The notes under the pieces: generated by a model
Databases searched by the model: none
What the model was told of the DNA's origin: nothing
What the model saw: only the letters and a program-made list of their open reading frames with translations
Position numbers and translations under genes: made by a program
Source: Escherichia coli
Lineage (GTDB): Bacteria; Pseudomonadota; Gammaproteobacteria; Enterobacterales; Enterobacteriaceae
Direction: 5' to 3' (one strand)
Assembly: GCF_003334815.1 (NCBI RefSeq)
Contig: NZ_QOWO01000034.1
Length of the DNA stretch: 40,339 nt
In this document: one piece after another, positions 31,576 to 40,339 of the stretch
Numbering within the stretch: the first letter of the stretch is position 1
How the letters are laid out: every line of letters begins with the position of its first letter

Positions 31576-32898
31576 ATGCAAGCCTATTTTGACCAGCTCG
31601 ATCGCGTTCGTTATGAAGGCTCAAAATCCTCAAACCCGTTAGCATTCCGTCACTACAATCCCGACGAACTGGTGTTGGGTAAGCGTATGGAAGAGCACTT
31701 GCGTTTTGCCGCCTGCTACTGGCACACCTTCTGCTGGAACGGGGCGGATATGTTTGGTGTGGGGGCGTTTAATCGTCCGTGGCAGCAGCCTGGTGAGGCA
31801 CTGGCGTTGGCGAAGCGTAAAGCAGATGTCGCATTTGAGTTTTTCCACAAGTTACATGTGCCATTTTATTGCTTCCACGATGTGGATGTTTCCCCTGAGG
31901 GCGCGTCGTTAAAAGAGTACATCAATAATTTTGCGCAAATGGTTGATGTCCTGGCAGGCAAGCAAGAAGAGAGCGGCGTGAAGCTGCTGTGGGGAACCGC
32001 CAACTGCTTTACAAACCCTCGCTACGGCGCGGGTGCGGCGACGAACCCAGATCCTGAAGTCTTCAGCTGGGCGGCAACGCAAGTTGTTACAGCGATGGAA
32101 GCAACCCATAAATTGGGCGGTGAAAACTATGTCCTGTGGGGCGGTCGTGAAGGTTACGAAACGCTGTTAAATACCGACTTGCGTCAGGAGCGTGAACAAC
32201 TGGGCCGCTTTATGCAGATGGTGGTTGAGCATAAACATAAAATCGGTTTCCAGGGCACGTTGCTTATCGAACCGAAACCGCAAGAACCGACCAAACATCA
32301 ATATGATTACGATGCCGCGACGGTCTATGGCTTCCTGAAACAGTTTGGTCTGGAAAAAGAGATTAAACTGAACATTGAAGCTAACCACGCGACGCTGGCA
32401 GGTCACTCTTTCCATCATGAAATAGCCACCGCCATTGCGCTTGGCCTGTTCGGTTCTGTCGACGCCAACCGTGGCGATGCGCAACTGGGCTGGGACACCG
32501 ACCAGTTCCCGAACAGTGTGGAAGAGAATGCGCTGGTGATGTATGAAATTCTCAAAGCAGGCGGTTTCACCACCGGTGGTCTGAACTTCGATGCCAAAGT
32601 ACGTCGTCAAAGTACTGATAAATATGATCTGTTTTACGGTCATATCGGCGCGATGGATACGATGGCACTGGCGCTGAAAATTGCAGCGCGCATGATTGAA
32701 GATGGCGAGCTGGATAAACGCATCGCGCAGCGTTATTCCGGCTGGAATAGCGAATTGGGCCAGCAAATCCTGAAAGGCCAAATGTCACTGGCAGATTTAG
32801 CCAAATATGCTCAGGAACATCATTTGTCTCCGGTGCATCAGAGTGGTCGCCAGGAACAACTGGAAAATCTGGTAAACCATTATCTGTTCGACAAATAA
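31576..32898 (+). CDS. xylA: Xylose isomerase XylA, 440 aa
   Basis: True start [18 protein letters not shown]... at 31576, with GGAG 5 nt upstream. The ORF track began at an upstream in-frame ATG (31564). Confidence 0.95.
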
Positions 32899-32919
32899 CG
32901 GCTAACTGTGCAGTCCGTT

Positions 32920-32955
32920 GGCCCGGTTATCGGTAGCGATACCGGGCATTTTTTT
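32920..32955 (+). terminator. Terminator-like hairpin GCCCGGTTATCG...CGATACCGGGC followed by TTTTTTT, between xylA and xylB inside the xylAB operon
   Basis: Near-perfect 11-bp stem (one bulged T) with a 7-T run at 32949-32955. It lies 14 nt upstream of the xylB start. Confidence 0.5.
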
Positions 32956-32969
32956 AAGGAACGATCGAT

Positions 32970-34424
32970 ATGTATATCGGGATAGATCTTGGCACCTCGG
33001 GCGTAAAAGTTATTTTGCTCAACGAGCAGGGTGAGGTGGTTGCTGCGCAAACGGAAAAGCTGACCGTTTCGCGCCCGCATCCACTCTGGTCGGAACAAGA
33101 CCCGGAACAGTGGTGGCAGGCAACTGATCGCGCAATGAAAGCTCTGGGCGATCAGCATTCTCTGCAGGACGTTAAAGCATTGGGTATTGCCGGCCAGATG
33201 CACGGAGCAACCTTGCTGGATGCTCAGCAACGGGTGTTACGCCCTGCCATTTTGTGGAACGACGGGCGCTGTGCGCAAGAGTGCACTTTGCTGGAAGCGC
33301 GAGTTCCGCAATCGCGGGTGATTACCGGCAACCTGATGATGCCCGGATTTACTGCGCCTAAATTGCTATGGGTTCAGCGGCATGAGCCGGAGATATTCCG
33401 TCAAATCGACAAAGTATTATTACCGAAAGATTACTTGCGTCTGCGTATGACGGGGGAGTTTGCCAGCGATATGTCTGACGCAGCTGGCACCATGTGGCTG
33501 GATGTCGCAAAGCGTGACTGGAGTGACGTCATGCTGCAGGCTTGCGACTTATCTCGTGACCAGATGCCCGCATTATACGAAGGCAGCGAAATTACTGGTG
33601 CTTTGTTACCTGAAGTTGCGAAAGCGTGGGGTATGGCGACGGTGCCAGTTGTCGCAGGCGGTGGCGACAATGCAGCTGGTGCAGTTGGTGTGGGAATGGT
33701 TGATGCTAATCAGGCAATGTTATCGCTGGGGACGTCGGGGGTCTATTTTGCTGTCAGCGAAGGGTTCTTAAGCAAGCCAGAAAGCGCCGTACATAGCTTT
33801 TGCCATGCGCTACCGCAACGTTGGCATTTAATGTCTGTGATGCTGAGTGCAGCGTCGTGTCTGGATTGGGCCGCGAAATTAACCGGCCTGAGCAATGTCC
33901 CAGCTTTAATCGCTGCAGCTCAACAGGCTGATGAAAGTGCCGAGCCAGTTTGGTTTCTGCCTTATCTTTCCGGCGAGCGTACGCCACACAATAATCCCCA
34001 GGCGAAGGGGGTTTTCTTTGGTTTGACTCATCAACATGGCCCCAATGAACTGGCGCGAGCAGTGCTGGAAGGCGTGGGTTATGCGCTGGCAGATGGCATG
34101 GATGTCGTGCATGCCTGCGGTATTAAACCGCAAAGTGTTACGTTGATTGGGGGCGGGGCGCGTAGTGAGTACTGGCGTCAGATGCTGGCGGATATCAGCG
34201 GTCAGCAGCTCGATTACCGTACGGGGGGGGATGTGGGGCCAGCACTGGGCGCAGCAAGGCTGGCGCAGATCGCGGCGAATCCAGAGAAATCGCTCATTGA
34301 ATTGTTGCCGCAACTACCGTTAGAACAGTCGCATCTACCAGATGCGCAGCGTTATGCCGCTTATCAGCCACGACGAGAAACGTTCCGTCGCCTCTATCAG
34401 CAACTTCTGCCATTAATGGCGTAA
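32970..34424 (+). CDS. xylB: Xylulokinase XylB, 484 aa
   Basis: FGGY kinase: MYIGIDLGTSGVKVILLNEQGEV... Confidence 0.95.
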   Translation: MYIGIDLGTSGVKVILLNEQGEVVAAQTEKLTVSRPHPLWSEQDPEQWWQATDRAMKALGDQHSLQDVKALGIAGQMHGATLLDAQQRVLRPAILWNDGRCAQECTLLEARVPQSRVITGNLMMPGFTAPKLLWVQRHEPEIFRQIDKVLLPKDYLRLRMTGEFASDMSDAAGTMWLDVAKRDWSDVMLQACDLSRDQMPALYEGSEITGALLPEVAKAWGMATVPVVAGGGDNAAGAVGVGMVDANQAMLSLGTSGVYFAVSEGFLSKPESAVHSFCHALPQRWHLMSVMLSAASCLDWAAKLTGLSNVPALIAAAQQADESAEPVWFLPYLSGERTPHNNPQAKGVFFGLTHQHGPNELARAVLEGVGYALADGMDVVHACGIKPQSVTLIGGGARSEYWRQMLADISGQQLDYRTGGDVGPALGAARLAQIAANPEKSLIELLPQLPLEQSHLPDAQRYAAYQPRRETFRRLYQQLLPLMA

Positions 34425-34427
34425 ACG

Positions 34428-34457
34428 TTATCCCCTGCCTGACCGGGTGGGGGATAA
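34428..34457 (+). other. 8-bp hairpin TTATCCCC...GGGGATAA just after the xylB stop; no U-tract
   Basis: Read directly. Possible operon-end structure. Confidence 0.3.
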
Positions 34458-34592
34458 TTCACATCTATATATCTCAGTAATTAATTAATATTTAGTATGA
34501 ATTTATTCTGAAAATCATTTGTTAATGGCATTTTTCAGTTTTGTCTTTCGTTGGTTACTCGTAATGTATCGCTGGTAGATATGGAGATCGTT

Positions 34593-34934
34593 ATGAAAAC
34601 CTCAAAGACTGTGGCAAAACTATTATTTGTTGTCGGGGCGCTGGTTTATCTGGTTGGGCTATGGATCTCATGCCCATTGTTAAGTGGAAAAGGCTATTTT
34701 CTTGGCGTGTTAATGACAGCAACTTTTGGCAACTATGCATATCTTCGCGCAGAAAAACTCGGGCAACTGGATGATTTTTTTACCCATATCTGCCAGTTAG
34801 TTGCGTTAATCACTATCGGTCTCTTGTTTATCGGTGTTTTAAACGCACCTATCAATACTTATGAAATGGTGATCTATCCCATCGCCTTTTTTGTCTGCTT
34901 GTTTGGTCAAATGCGTTTGTTTCGCTCGGCATGA
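34593..34934 (+). CDS. yiaB: YiaAB-family small inner-membrane protein YiaB, 113 aa
   Basis: Start MKTSKTVAKLLFVVGALVYLVGLW... at 34593, with GGAG at 34583-34586. Four predicted TM helices arranged as two repeated modules. Confidence 0.85.
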   Translation: MKTSKTVAKLLFVVGALVYLVGLWISCPLLSGKGYFLGVLMTATFGNYAYLRAEKLGQLDDFFTHICQLVALITIGLLFIGVLNAPINTYEMVIYPIAFFVCLFGQMRLFRSA

Positions 34935-34979
34935 GCAACATAAAGCTCTTACATATTCAGGAATGAAAGGAATACTGTG

Positions 34980-35417
34980 ATGGACAACAAAATATCAACC
35001 TATTCACCGGCCTTTAGTATTGTGTCATGGATAGCTCTCGTTGGTGGTATCGTTACCTATCTGTTAGGGCTATGGAATGCAGAGATGCAGTTAAATGAAA
35101 AAGGATATTATTTTGCCGTACTGGTATTAGGACTGTTTTCTGCGGCGTCTTATCAAAAGACCGTTCGGGACAAGTATGAAGGCATACCGACCACTTCCAT
35201 TTATTATATGACCTGCCTGACTGTCTTTATTATCTCTGTTGCATTACTGATGGTAGGTCTGTGGAATGCGACATTATTACTCAGCGAAAAAGGTTTTTAT
35301 GGACTGGCTTTCTTCTTAAGCTTGTTTGGTGCAGTAGCGGTGCAGAAAAATATTCGTGATGCCGGAATAAACCCACCAAAAGAAACACAGGTTACCCAGG
35401 AAGAATACAGCGAATAA
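34980..35417 (+). CDS. yiaA: YiaAB-family small inner-membrane protein YiaA, 145 aa
   Basis: Start [17 protein letters not shown]... Two copies of a GLWNA..L.EKG(Y/F)Y...LFGA...QK..RD module at codons 30-64 and 93-127. Confidence 0.85.
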
Positions 35418-35458
35418 CTCACGTAAGCCCGGTCAGTCCAATGTGACCGGGCTTTTAC

Positions 35459-36454
35459 TTAACTCACTAATCTGTTTCTGTCGATTCGTTGTACCAGCAT
35501 AGAAAGTAACAAACTCGCTGCCAACGTCGCGCAAAAGATCCAAATAATATCCAGTATTGGCCAATTTTTAAGCTCAATTCCCCGGGTGCGCAGCGCATGG
35601 ATAATCAAGGCGTGGAATCCGTATATACCCAATGAATGGCGGGAGATTAAGCCAAGTCCGCGAATGGTACGCGTATCCAGCGTGTTTTTAACCAGAGTCA
35701 ATAGCGCGATTGCGCAGATAAAAACCATCGGCCCACAGTAAAGATACCAGGTATCGGCAAAATTTCCGCGCCACTGCAATTCATATAATGTCCCGCGAGA
35801 GATAATAAAAACCCCCGTCGCAAACAGCGCGGCGCTCACCCACGACAGTGCTTTATGCTGTGTGTCCATCATCCCTATAGCGCGGCCCAACATGCCATAC
35901 AGAATGTAGTAAAAAGTATCGCCATTGATATATAAGTTAATTGGCAGCCATTCAAAACCGTCAATTTTCTGCGGCACTGTGTTTGGGTTAGCGATAATGC
36001 CAATCACCGCCATTAGCACCAGCAACATTTTTCCGCCGACGTTCTTCACCTGAATCAGCGGTGAAACCAGATAAATCACCGCAATCGCGAAGAAAAACCA
36101 CAAGTGGTAAAACACTGGCTTTTGCAGCAGGTTTTTCAGCGCTAACTCCATATTGATGGAGGTAAACAGCGCAATGTAGAGCAGTGCGATTGCGCTATAA
36201 AAAATCAGACATAAGCCGATACGCAAGAAATGGCGCGGCTGGGCGCTGCGTTCGCCAAAAAAGAGATAGCCGGAAATCATGAAAAATAGCGGCACGCTGA
36301 CACGAGAGGCAGAATTCAGAACATTGGCGATATCCCATGTGACGGGGCTAACACTATGAGCATTGGTCACATACCAGGTAGTGGTGTGAATCATCACCAC
36401 CATTAAACACGCTATCCCTCGCAGGTTATCAATCCAGTAAATTTTGGGCTGCAT
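35459..36454 (-). CDS. wecH: Membrane O-acetyltransferase WecH (acyltransferase-3 family; ECA O-acetylation), 331 aa
   Basis: [27 protein letters not shown]... Ten-TM acyltransferase-3 topology. Confidence 0.9.
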
Positions 36455-36628
36455 CTGTGTCTCTGTATCTGGTTAAAAAAAGTCTGACCGATAAATCATT
36501 TGGTTGGCGCACTGGAATAATCTGAGTTTTATCACTACAGCTTATAGAGGCTTAAGGAAATTCGTAAGATATCAGCCACTATACCGATATAAATAATAAG
36601 ACTCACCTGCAAACCAGACGGTAATTTA

Positions 36629-36928
36629 ATGATGATGAACGCTTTCTTTCCGGCAATGGCGCTTATGGTGCTAGTGGGTTGTTCTATACCGTCACCCGTG
36701 CAGAAAGCACAACGGGTAAAGGTTGATCCTCTGCGTTCGTTGAATATGGAAGCGTTATGCAAGGATCAGGCGGCAAAACGTTATAACACCGGCGAGCAAA
36801 AAATCGACGTCACCGCCTTCGAACAGTTCCAGGGAAGCTATGAAATGCGCGGTTATACCTTCCGTAAAGAGCAGTTTGTCTGTTCTTTTGACGCGGATGG
36901 CCATTTTTTGCATCTTTCCATGCGTTAA
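36629..36928 (+). CDS. ysaB: Small lipoprotein YsaB, 99 aa
   Basis: Signal peptide with lipobox MMMNAFFPAMALMVLVGC|S. Confidence 0.8.
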   Translation: MMMNAFFPAMALMVLVGCSIPSPVQKAQRVKVDPLRSLNMEALCKDQAAKRYNTGEQKIDVTAFEQFQGSYEMRGYTFRKEQFVCSFDADGHFLHLSMR

Positions 36929-37022
36929 GCCCTGCTTTTTCCCGTTTCGTACTGTATATCTTCCATCCAGCGGGTATACTGATCCCTTCCTTTAAATCCA
37001 CACGTATCCAGCACGAAATAAT

Positions 37023-37934
37023 ATGCAAAAGTTTGATACCAGGACCTTCCAGGGCTTGATCCTGACCTTACAGGATTACTGGGCTCGCCAGGGCTGCACC
37101 ATTGTTCAACCATTGGACATGGAAGTCGGCGCGGGAACCTCTCACCCAATGACCTGTCTGCGCGCGCTGGGGCCAGAACCGATGGCGGCTGCTTATGTTC
37201 AGCCTTCTCGTCGCCCGACCGATGGTCGCTACGGCGAAAACCCCAACCGTTTACAGCACTACTATCAGTTCCAGGTGGTCATTAAGCCATCGCCGGACAA
37301 TATTCAGGAGCTGTACCTCGGTTCTCTGAAAGAGCTGGGCATGGACCCGACTATTCACGACATCCGTTTCGTGGAAGATAACTGGGAAAACCCGACGCTG
37401 GGTGCCTGGGGACTGGGCTGGGAAGTGTGGCTGAACGGCATGGAAGTGACGCAGTTCACTTACTTCCAGCAGGTTGGTGGTCTGGAGTGTAAACCGGTTA
37501 CCGGCGAGATCACCTACGGTCTGGAACGTCTGGCCATGTACATTCAGGGCGTAGACAGCGTTTACGACCTGGTCTGGAGCGACGGCCCGCTGGGTAAAAC
37601 CACCTACGGCGACGTGTTCCATCAGAACGAAGTGGAGCAGTCCACTTACAACTTCGAATACGCGGATGTGGACTTCCTGTTCACCTGCTTCGAGCAGTAC
37701 GAGAAAGAAGCGCAGCAGCTGCTGGCGCTGGAAAATCCGCTGCCGCTGCCAGCCTACGAGCGTATTCTGAAAGCCGCCCACAGCTTCAACCTGCTGGATG
37801 CGCGTAAAGCCATCTCCGTCACCGAGCGTCAGCGCTACATTCTGCGCATTCGCACCCTGACCAAAGCAGTGGCAGAAGCATACTACGCTTCCCGTGAAGC
37901 CCTCGGCTTCCCGATGTGCAACAAAGATAAGTAA
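37023..37934 (+). CDS. glyQ: Glycyl-tRNA synthetase alpha subunit, 303 aa
   Basis: [32 protein letters not shown]... Class II aaRS catalytic core. Confidence 0.95.
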
Positions 37935-37943
37935 GAGGCGGCT

Positions 37944-40013
37944 ATGTCTGAGAAAACTTTTCTGGTGGAAATCGGCACTGAAGAGCTGCCACCAAAAGCA
38001 CTGCGCAGCCTGGCTGAGTCCTTTGCTGCGAACTTTACTGCGGAGCTGGATAACGCTGGCCTCGCACACGGCACCGTTCAATGGTTTGCTGCTCCGCGTC
38101 GTCTGGCGCTGAAAGTAGCTAACCTGGCGGAAGCGCAACCGGATCGTGAAATCGAAAAACGCGGCCCGGCGATTGCCCAGGCGTTCGACGCTGAAGGCAA
38201 ACCGAGCAAAGCGGCAGAAGGTTGGGCGCGTGGTTGCGGTATTACCGTTGACCAGGCTGAGCGTCTGACTACCGATAAAGGCGAATGGCTGCTGTATCGC
38301 GCCCATGTGAAGGGCGAAAGCACCGAAGCACTGCTGCCGAATATGGTTGCGACTTCTCTGGCGAAACTGCCGATCCCGAAACTGATGCGTTGGGGCGCAA
38401 GCGACGTGCACTTCGTGCGTCCGGTGCACACCGTGACCCTGCTGCTGGGCGACAAAGTCATTCCGGCAACCATTCTGGGCATTCAGTCCGATCGCGTGAT
38501 TCGCGGCCACCGCTTTATGGGCGAGCCGGAATTCACCATCGATAACGCCGATCAGTATCCGGAAATTCTGCGTGAGCGTGGGAAAGTCATCGCCGATTAC
38601 GAAGAACGTAAGGCGAAGATTAAAGCCGATGCCGAAGAAGCAGCGCGTAAGATTGGCGGTAACGCTGACTTAAGCGAAAGCCTGCTGGAAGAAGTGGCTT
38701 CGCTGGTGGAGTGGCCGGTCGTTCTGACCGCAAAATTCGAAGAGAAATTCCTCGCGGTGCCGGCTGAAGCGCTGGTTTACACCATGAAAGGTGACCAGAA
38801 ATACTTCCCGGTGTATGCGAACGACGGCAAACTGCTGCCGAACTTTATCTTCGTTGCCAACATCGAATCGAAAGATCCGCAGCAGATTATCTCCGGTAAC
38901 GAGAAAGTCGTTCGTCCGCGTCTGGCGGATGCCGAGTTCTTCTTCAACACCGACCGTAAAAAACGTCTTGAAGATAACCTGCCGCGCCTGCAAACCGTGT
39001 TGTTCCAGCAACAGTTGGGGACGCTGCGCGACAAAACTGACCGCATCCAGGCGCTGGCTGGCTGGATTGCTGAACAGATTGGCGCTGACGTTAACCACGC
39101 TACCCGTGCGGGTCTGCTGTCTAAGTGCGACCTGATGACCAACATGGTCTTCGAGTTCACCGACACCCAGGGCGTTATGGGGATGCACTATGCGCGTCAC
39201 GATGGCGAAGCGGAAGATGTCGCGGTGGCGCTGAATGAGCAGTATCAGCCGCGTTTTGCTGGTGATGACCTGCCGTCCAACCCAGTAGCTTGTGCGCTGG
39301 CGATTGCTGACAAGATGGATACCCTGGCGGGTATCTTCGGTATCGGTCAGCATCCGAAAGGCGACAAAGACCCGTTTGCGCTGCGTCGTGCCGCGCTTGG
39401 CGTGCTGCGAATTATCGTTGAGAAGAACCTCAACCTTGATCTGCAAACGCTGACCGAAGAAGCGGTGCGTCTGTATGGCGATAAGCTGACTAATGCCAAC
39501 GTAGTTGATGATATTATCGACTTTATGCTCGGTCGCTTCCGCGCCTGGTATCAGGACGAAGGTTATACCGTTGACACCATCCAGGCGGTACTGGCGCGTC
39601 GTCCGACTCGTCCGGCTGATTTCGATGCCCGTATGAAAGCGGTATCGCATTTCCGTACCCTGGATGCAGCTGCTGCACTGGCGGCGGCGAACAAACGTGT
39701 ATCTAACATTCTGGCGAAATCTGACGAAGTGCTGAGCGACCGCGTGAATGCCTCTACCCTGAAAGAGCCGGAAGAAATTAAACTGGCGATGCAGGTTGTG
39801 GTGCTACGTGACAAGCTGGAGCCGTACTTTACGGAAGGTCGTTACCAGGATGCGCTGGTCGAACTGGCTGAGCTGCGTGAACCGGTTGATGCTTTCTTCG
39901 ATAAAGTGATGGTCATGGTTGATGACAAAGAATTGCGTATCAACCGTCTGACCATGCTGGAGAAACTGCGCGAACTGTTCCTGCGCGTTGCGGATATTTC
40001 GCTGTTGCAATAA
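37944..40013 (+). CDS. glyS: Glycyl-tRNA synthetase beta subunit, 689 aa
   Basis: [31 protein letters not shown]... It starts 9 nt after the glyQ stop. Confidence 0.95.
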   Translation: MSEKTFLVEIGTEELPPKALRSLAESFAANFTAELDNAGLAHGTVQWFAAPRRLALKVANLAEAQPDREIEKRGPAIAQAFDAEGKPSKAAEGWARGCGITVDQAERLTTDKGEWLLYRAHVKGESTEALLPNMVATSLAKLPIPKLMRWGASDVHFVRPVHTVTLLLGDKVIPATILGIQSDRVIRGHRFMGEPEFTIDNADQYPEILRERGKVIADYEERKAKIKADAEEAARKIGGNADLSESLLEEVASLVEWPVVLTAKFEEKFLAVPAEALVYTMKGDQKYFPVYANDGKLLPNFIFVANIESKDPQQIISGNEKVVRPRLADAEFFFNTDRKKRLEDNLPRLQTVLFQQQLGTLRDKTDRIQALAGWIAEQIGADVNHATRAGLLSKCDLMTNMVFEFTDTQGVMGMHYARHDGEAEDVAVALNEQYQPRFAGDDLPSNPVACALAIADKMDTLAGIFGIGQHPKGDKDPFALRRAALGVLRIIVEKNLNLDLQTLTEEAVRLYGDKLTNANVVDDIIDFMLGRFRAWYQDEGYTVDTIQAVLARRPTRPADFDARMKAVSHFRTLDAAAALAAANKRVSNILAKSDEVLSDRVNASTLKEPEEIKLAMQVVVLRDKLEPYFTEGRYQDALVELAELREPVDAFFDKVMVMVDDKELRINRLTMLEKLRELFLRVADISLLQ

Positions 40014-40020
40014 TAACGCC

Positions 40021-40048
40021 GTTATTAAATAGCCTGCCATCTGGCAGG
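40021..40048 (+). terminator. Rho-independent terminator of glyQS: AGCCTGCC-atct-GGCAGGCT followed by TTTTTTT
   Basis: Perfect 8-bp stem, 4-nt loop, 7-T run. Confidence 0.85.
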
Positions 40049-40151
40049 CTTTTTTTATCGCTAAATAATACAGCAACCTTTAATAATCTTCTGCTGAATA
40101 AAGATTATCTCATATATTAATTTTATGAGATTTTTTTAGGATTATATCAAG

Positions 40152-40186
40152 GAGAAGAAACAAACTTATTAAGCTAGAATAGCCAC
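40152..40186 (+). promoter_or_regulatory. Candidate promoter of the hokA toxin mRNA (-10 TAGAAT at 40175-40180; predicted start near 40187)
   Basis: A -10 hexamer lies 6 nt before a G-run that aligns with the 5' end of plasmid R1 hok mRNA (GGCGCUUGAG...). The -35 hexamer is poor. Confidence 0.35.
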
Positions 40187-40265
40187 GGGTGCTTGAGACT
40201 GTTTGTCTCAGGTATTCACCGAAAGGCAGACAGAGAAAAGCCCCACCTGACTATAAATCAAAGTT
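40187..40265 (+). other. hokA: Truncated 5' leader (approximately 79 nt) of hokA (hok/gef type I toxin) mRNA, cut by the IS insertion at 40266
   Basis: GGGTGCTTGAGACTGTTTGTCTCAGG...GGCAGACAGAGAAAAGCCCCAC parallels the remembered R1 hok mRNA 5' end (GGCGCTTGAGGCTTTCTGCCTCATG...GGCAGAAAGAAGATAGCCCCGTAG), including the 5' stem-loop (40192-40212). No mok/hok ORF follows before the IS. Confidence 0.5.
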
Positions 40266-40339
40266 TGTACTGACCCCAAAAAGTTGGACAGTTAAACACG
40301 AGGCATATAGGTCTGATTCCGATATTCAATTGGAGTCAG
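40266..40339. mobile_element. Terminal inverted repeat and first approximately 74 bp of an IS3-family element (IS150-like); partial, continuing beyond the window
   Basis: It starts TGTACTGACCCCAAAAAGTTGGACAG..., matching the IS150 end as remembered and the IS3-family TG... terminus. In K-12 an IS150 copy lies next to glyS and interrupts the hokA locus. Confidence 0.65.

Noticed and set aside
36929-37022. Possible glyQS promoter (-10 TATACT at 36975-36980)
   Set aside because: It has a good -10 but no acceptable -35 at 16-18 bp spacing, and I could not support it further from sequence alone. I left it out of the feature list.
37251-38510. 419-codon minus-strand ORF antisense to glyQ/glyS (and a second, 326 codons, at 38670..39650)
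   Set aside because: Both lie entirely inside the highly expressed, codon-biased glyQS genes. Long antisense ORFs are a common artefact of GC-rich sense frames lacking stop codons. No RBS or start context is present.

Overview
This window is the reverse complement of a well-characterised Escherichia coli K-12-type chromosomal segment running from rhsA to glyS (roughly the 3.72-3.76 Mb region of MG1655). I identified it from the predicted proteins, which I recognise from memory; no database search was run. Gene order left to right is as follows. The N-terminal 52 codons of rhsA (PAAR-like start, minus strand). yibF (glutathione transferase-like). selA-selB (selenocysteine synthase and SelB elongation factor, with an ATGA overlap). 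yiaY (Fe-alcohol dehydrogenase). aldB. The uncharacterised yiaW-yiaV / yiaU / yiaT cluster. The nine-gene yiaK-yiaL-yiaM-yiaN-yiaO-lyxK-sgbH-sgbU-sgbE operon (minus strand; rare-pentose / 2,3-diketo-L-gulonate pathway with a TRAP transporter) and its divergent IclR repressor yiaJ. ysaA (4x[4Fe-4S] ferredoxin). avtA. malS. bax. The xylose regulon (xylR-xylH-xylG-xylF on minus, xylA-xylB on plus). The paralog pair yiaB-yiaA. wecH. ysaB. glyQ-glyS. At the extreme right lie a truncated hokA (hok/sok-type toxin) promoter and leader, interrupted by the terminal inverted repeat of an IS3-family element (IS150-like). I see no tRNA, rRNA or CRISPR array. Non-coding content includes three REP/BIME clusters of one family, several clean intrinsic terminators, intra-operon hairpins (xylF|xylG, xylA|xylB), MalT-box and CRP-like sites, and AT-rich divergent control regions. 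Several six-frame ORF-track starts are over-extended (aldB, sgbU, avtA, xylF, xylA, yiaB, yiaA, yiaW, ysaA) and are corrected below. There is no large undescribed system here. The most interesting loci are the IS-split hokA leader, the orphan yiaWV adaptor module with its LysR-family regulator (yiaU) and OMP neighbours, the yiaB/yiaA duplicated-module paralogs, a possible gene remnant between yiaT and sgbE, and the terminator-like hairpin inside the xylAB operon.
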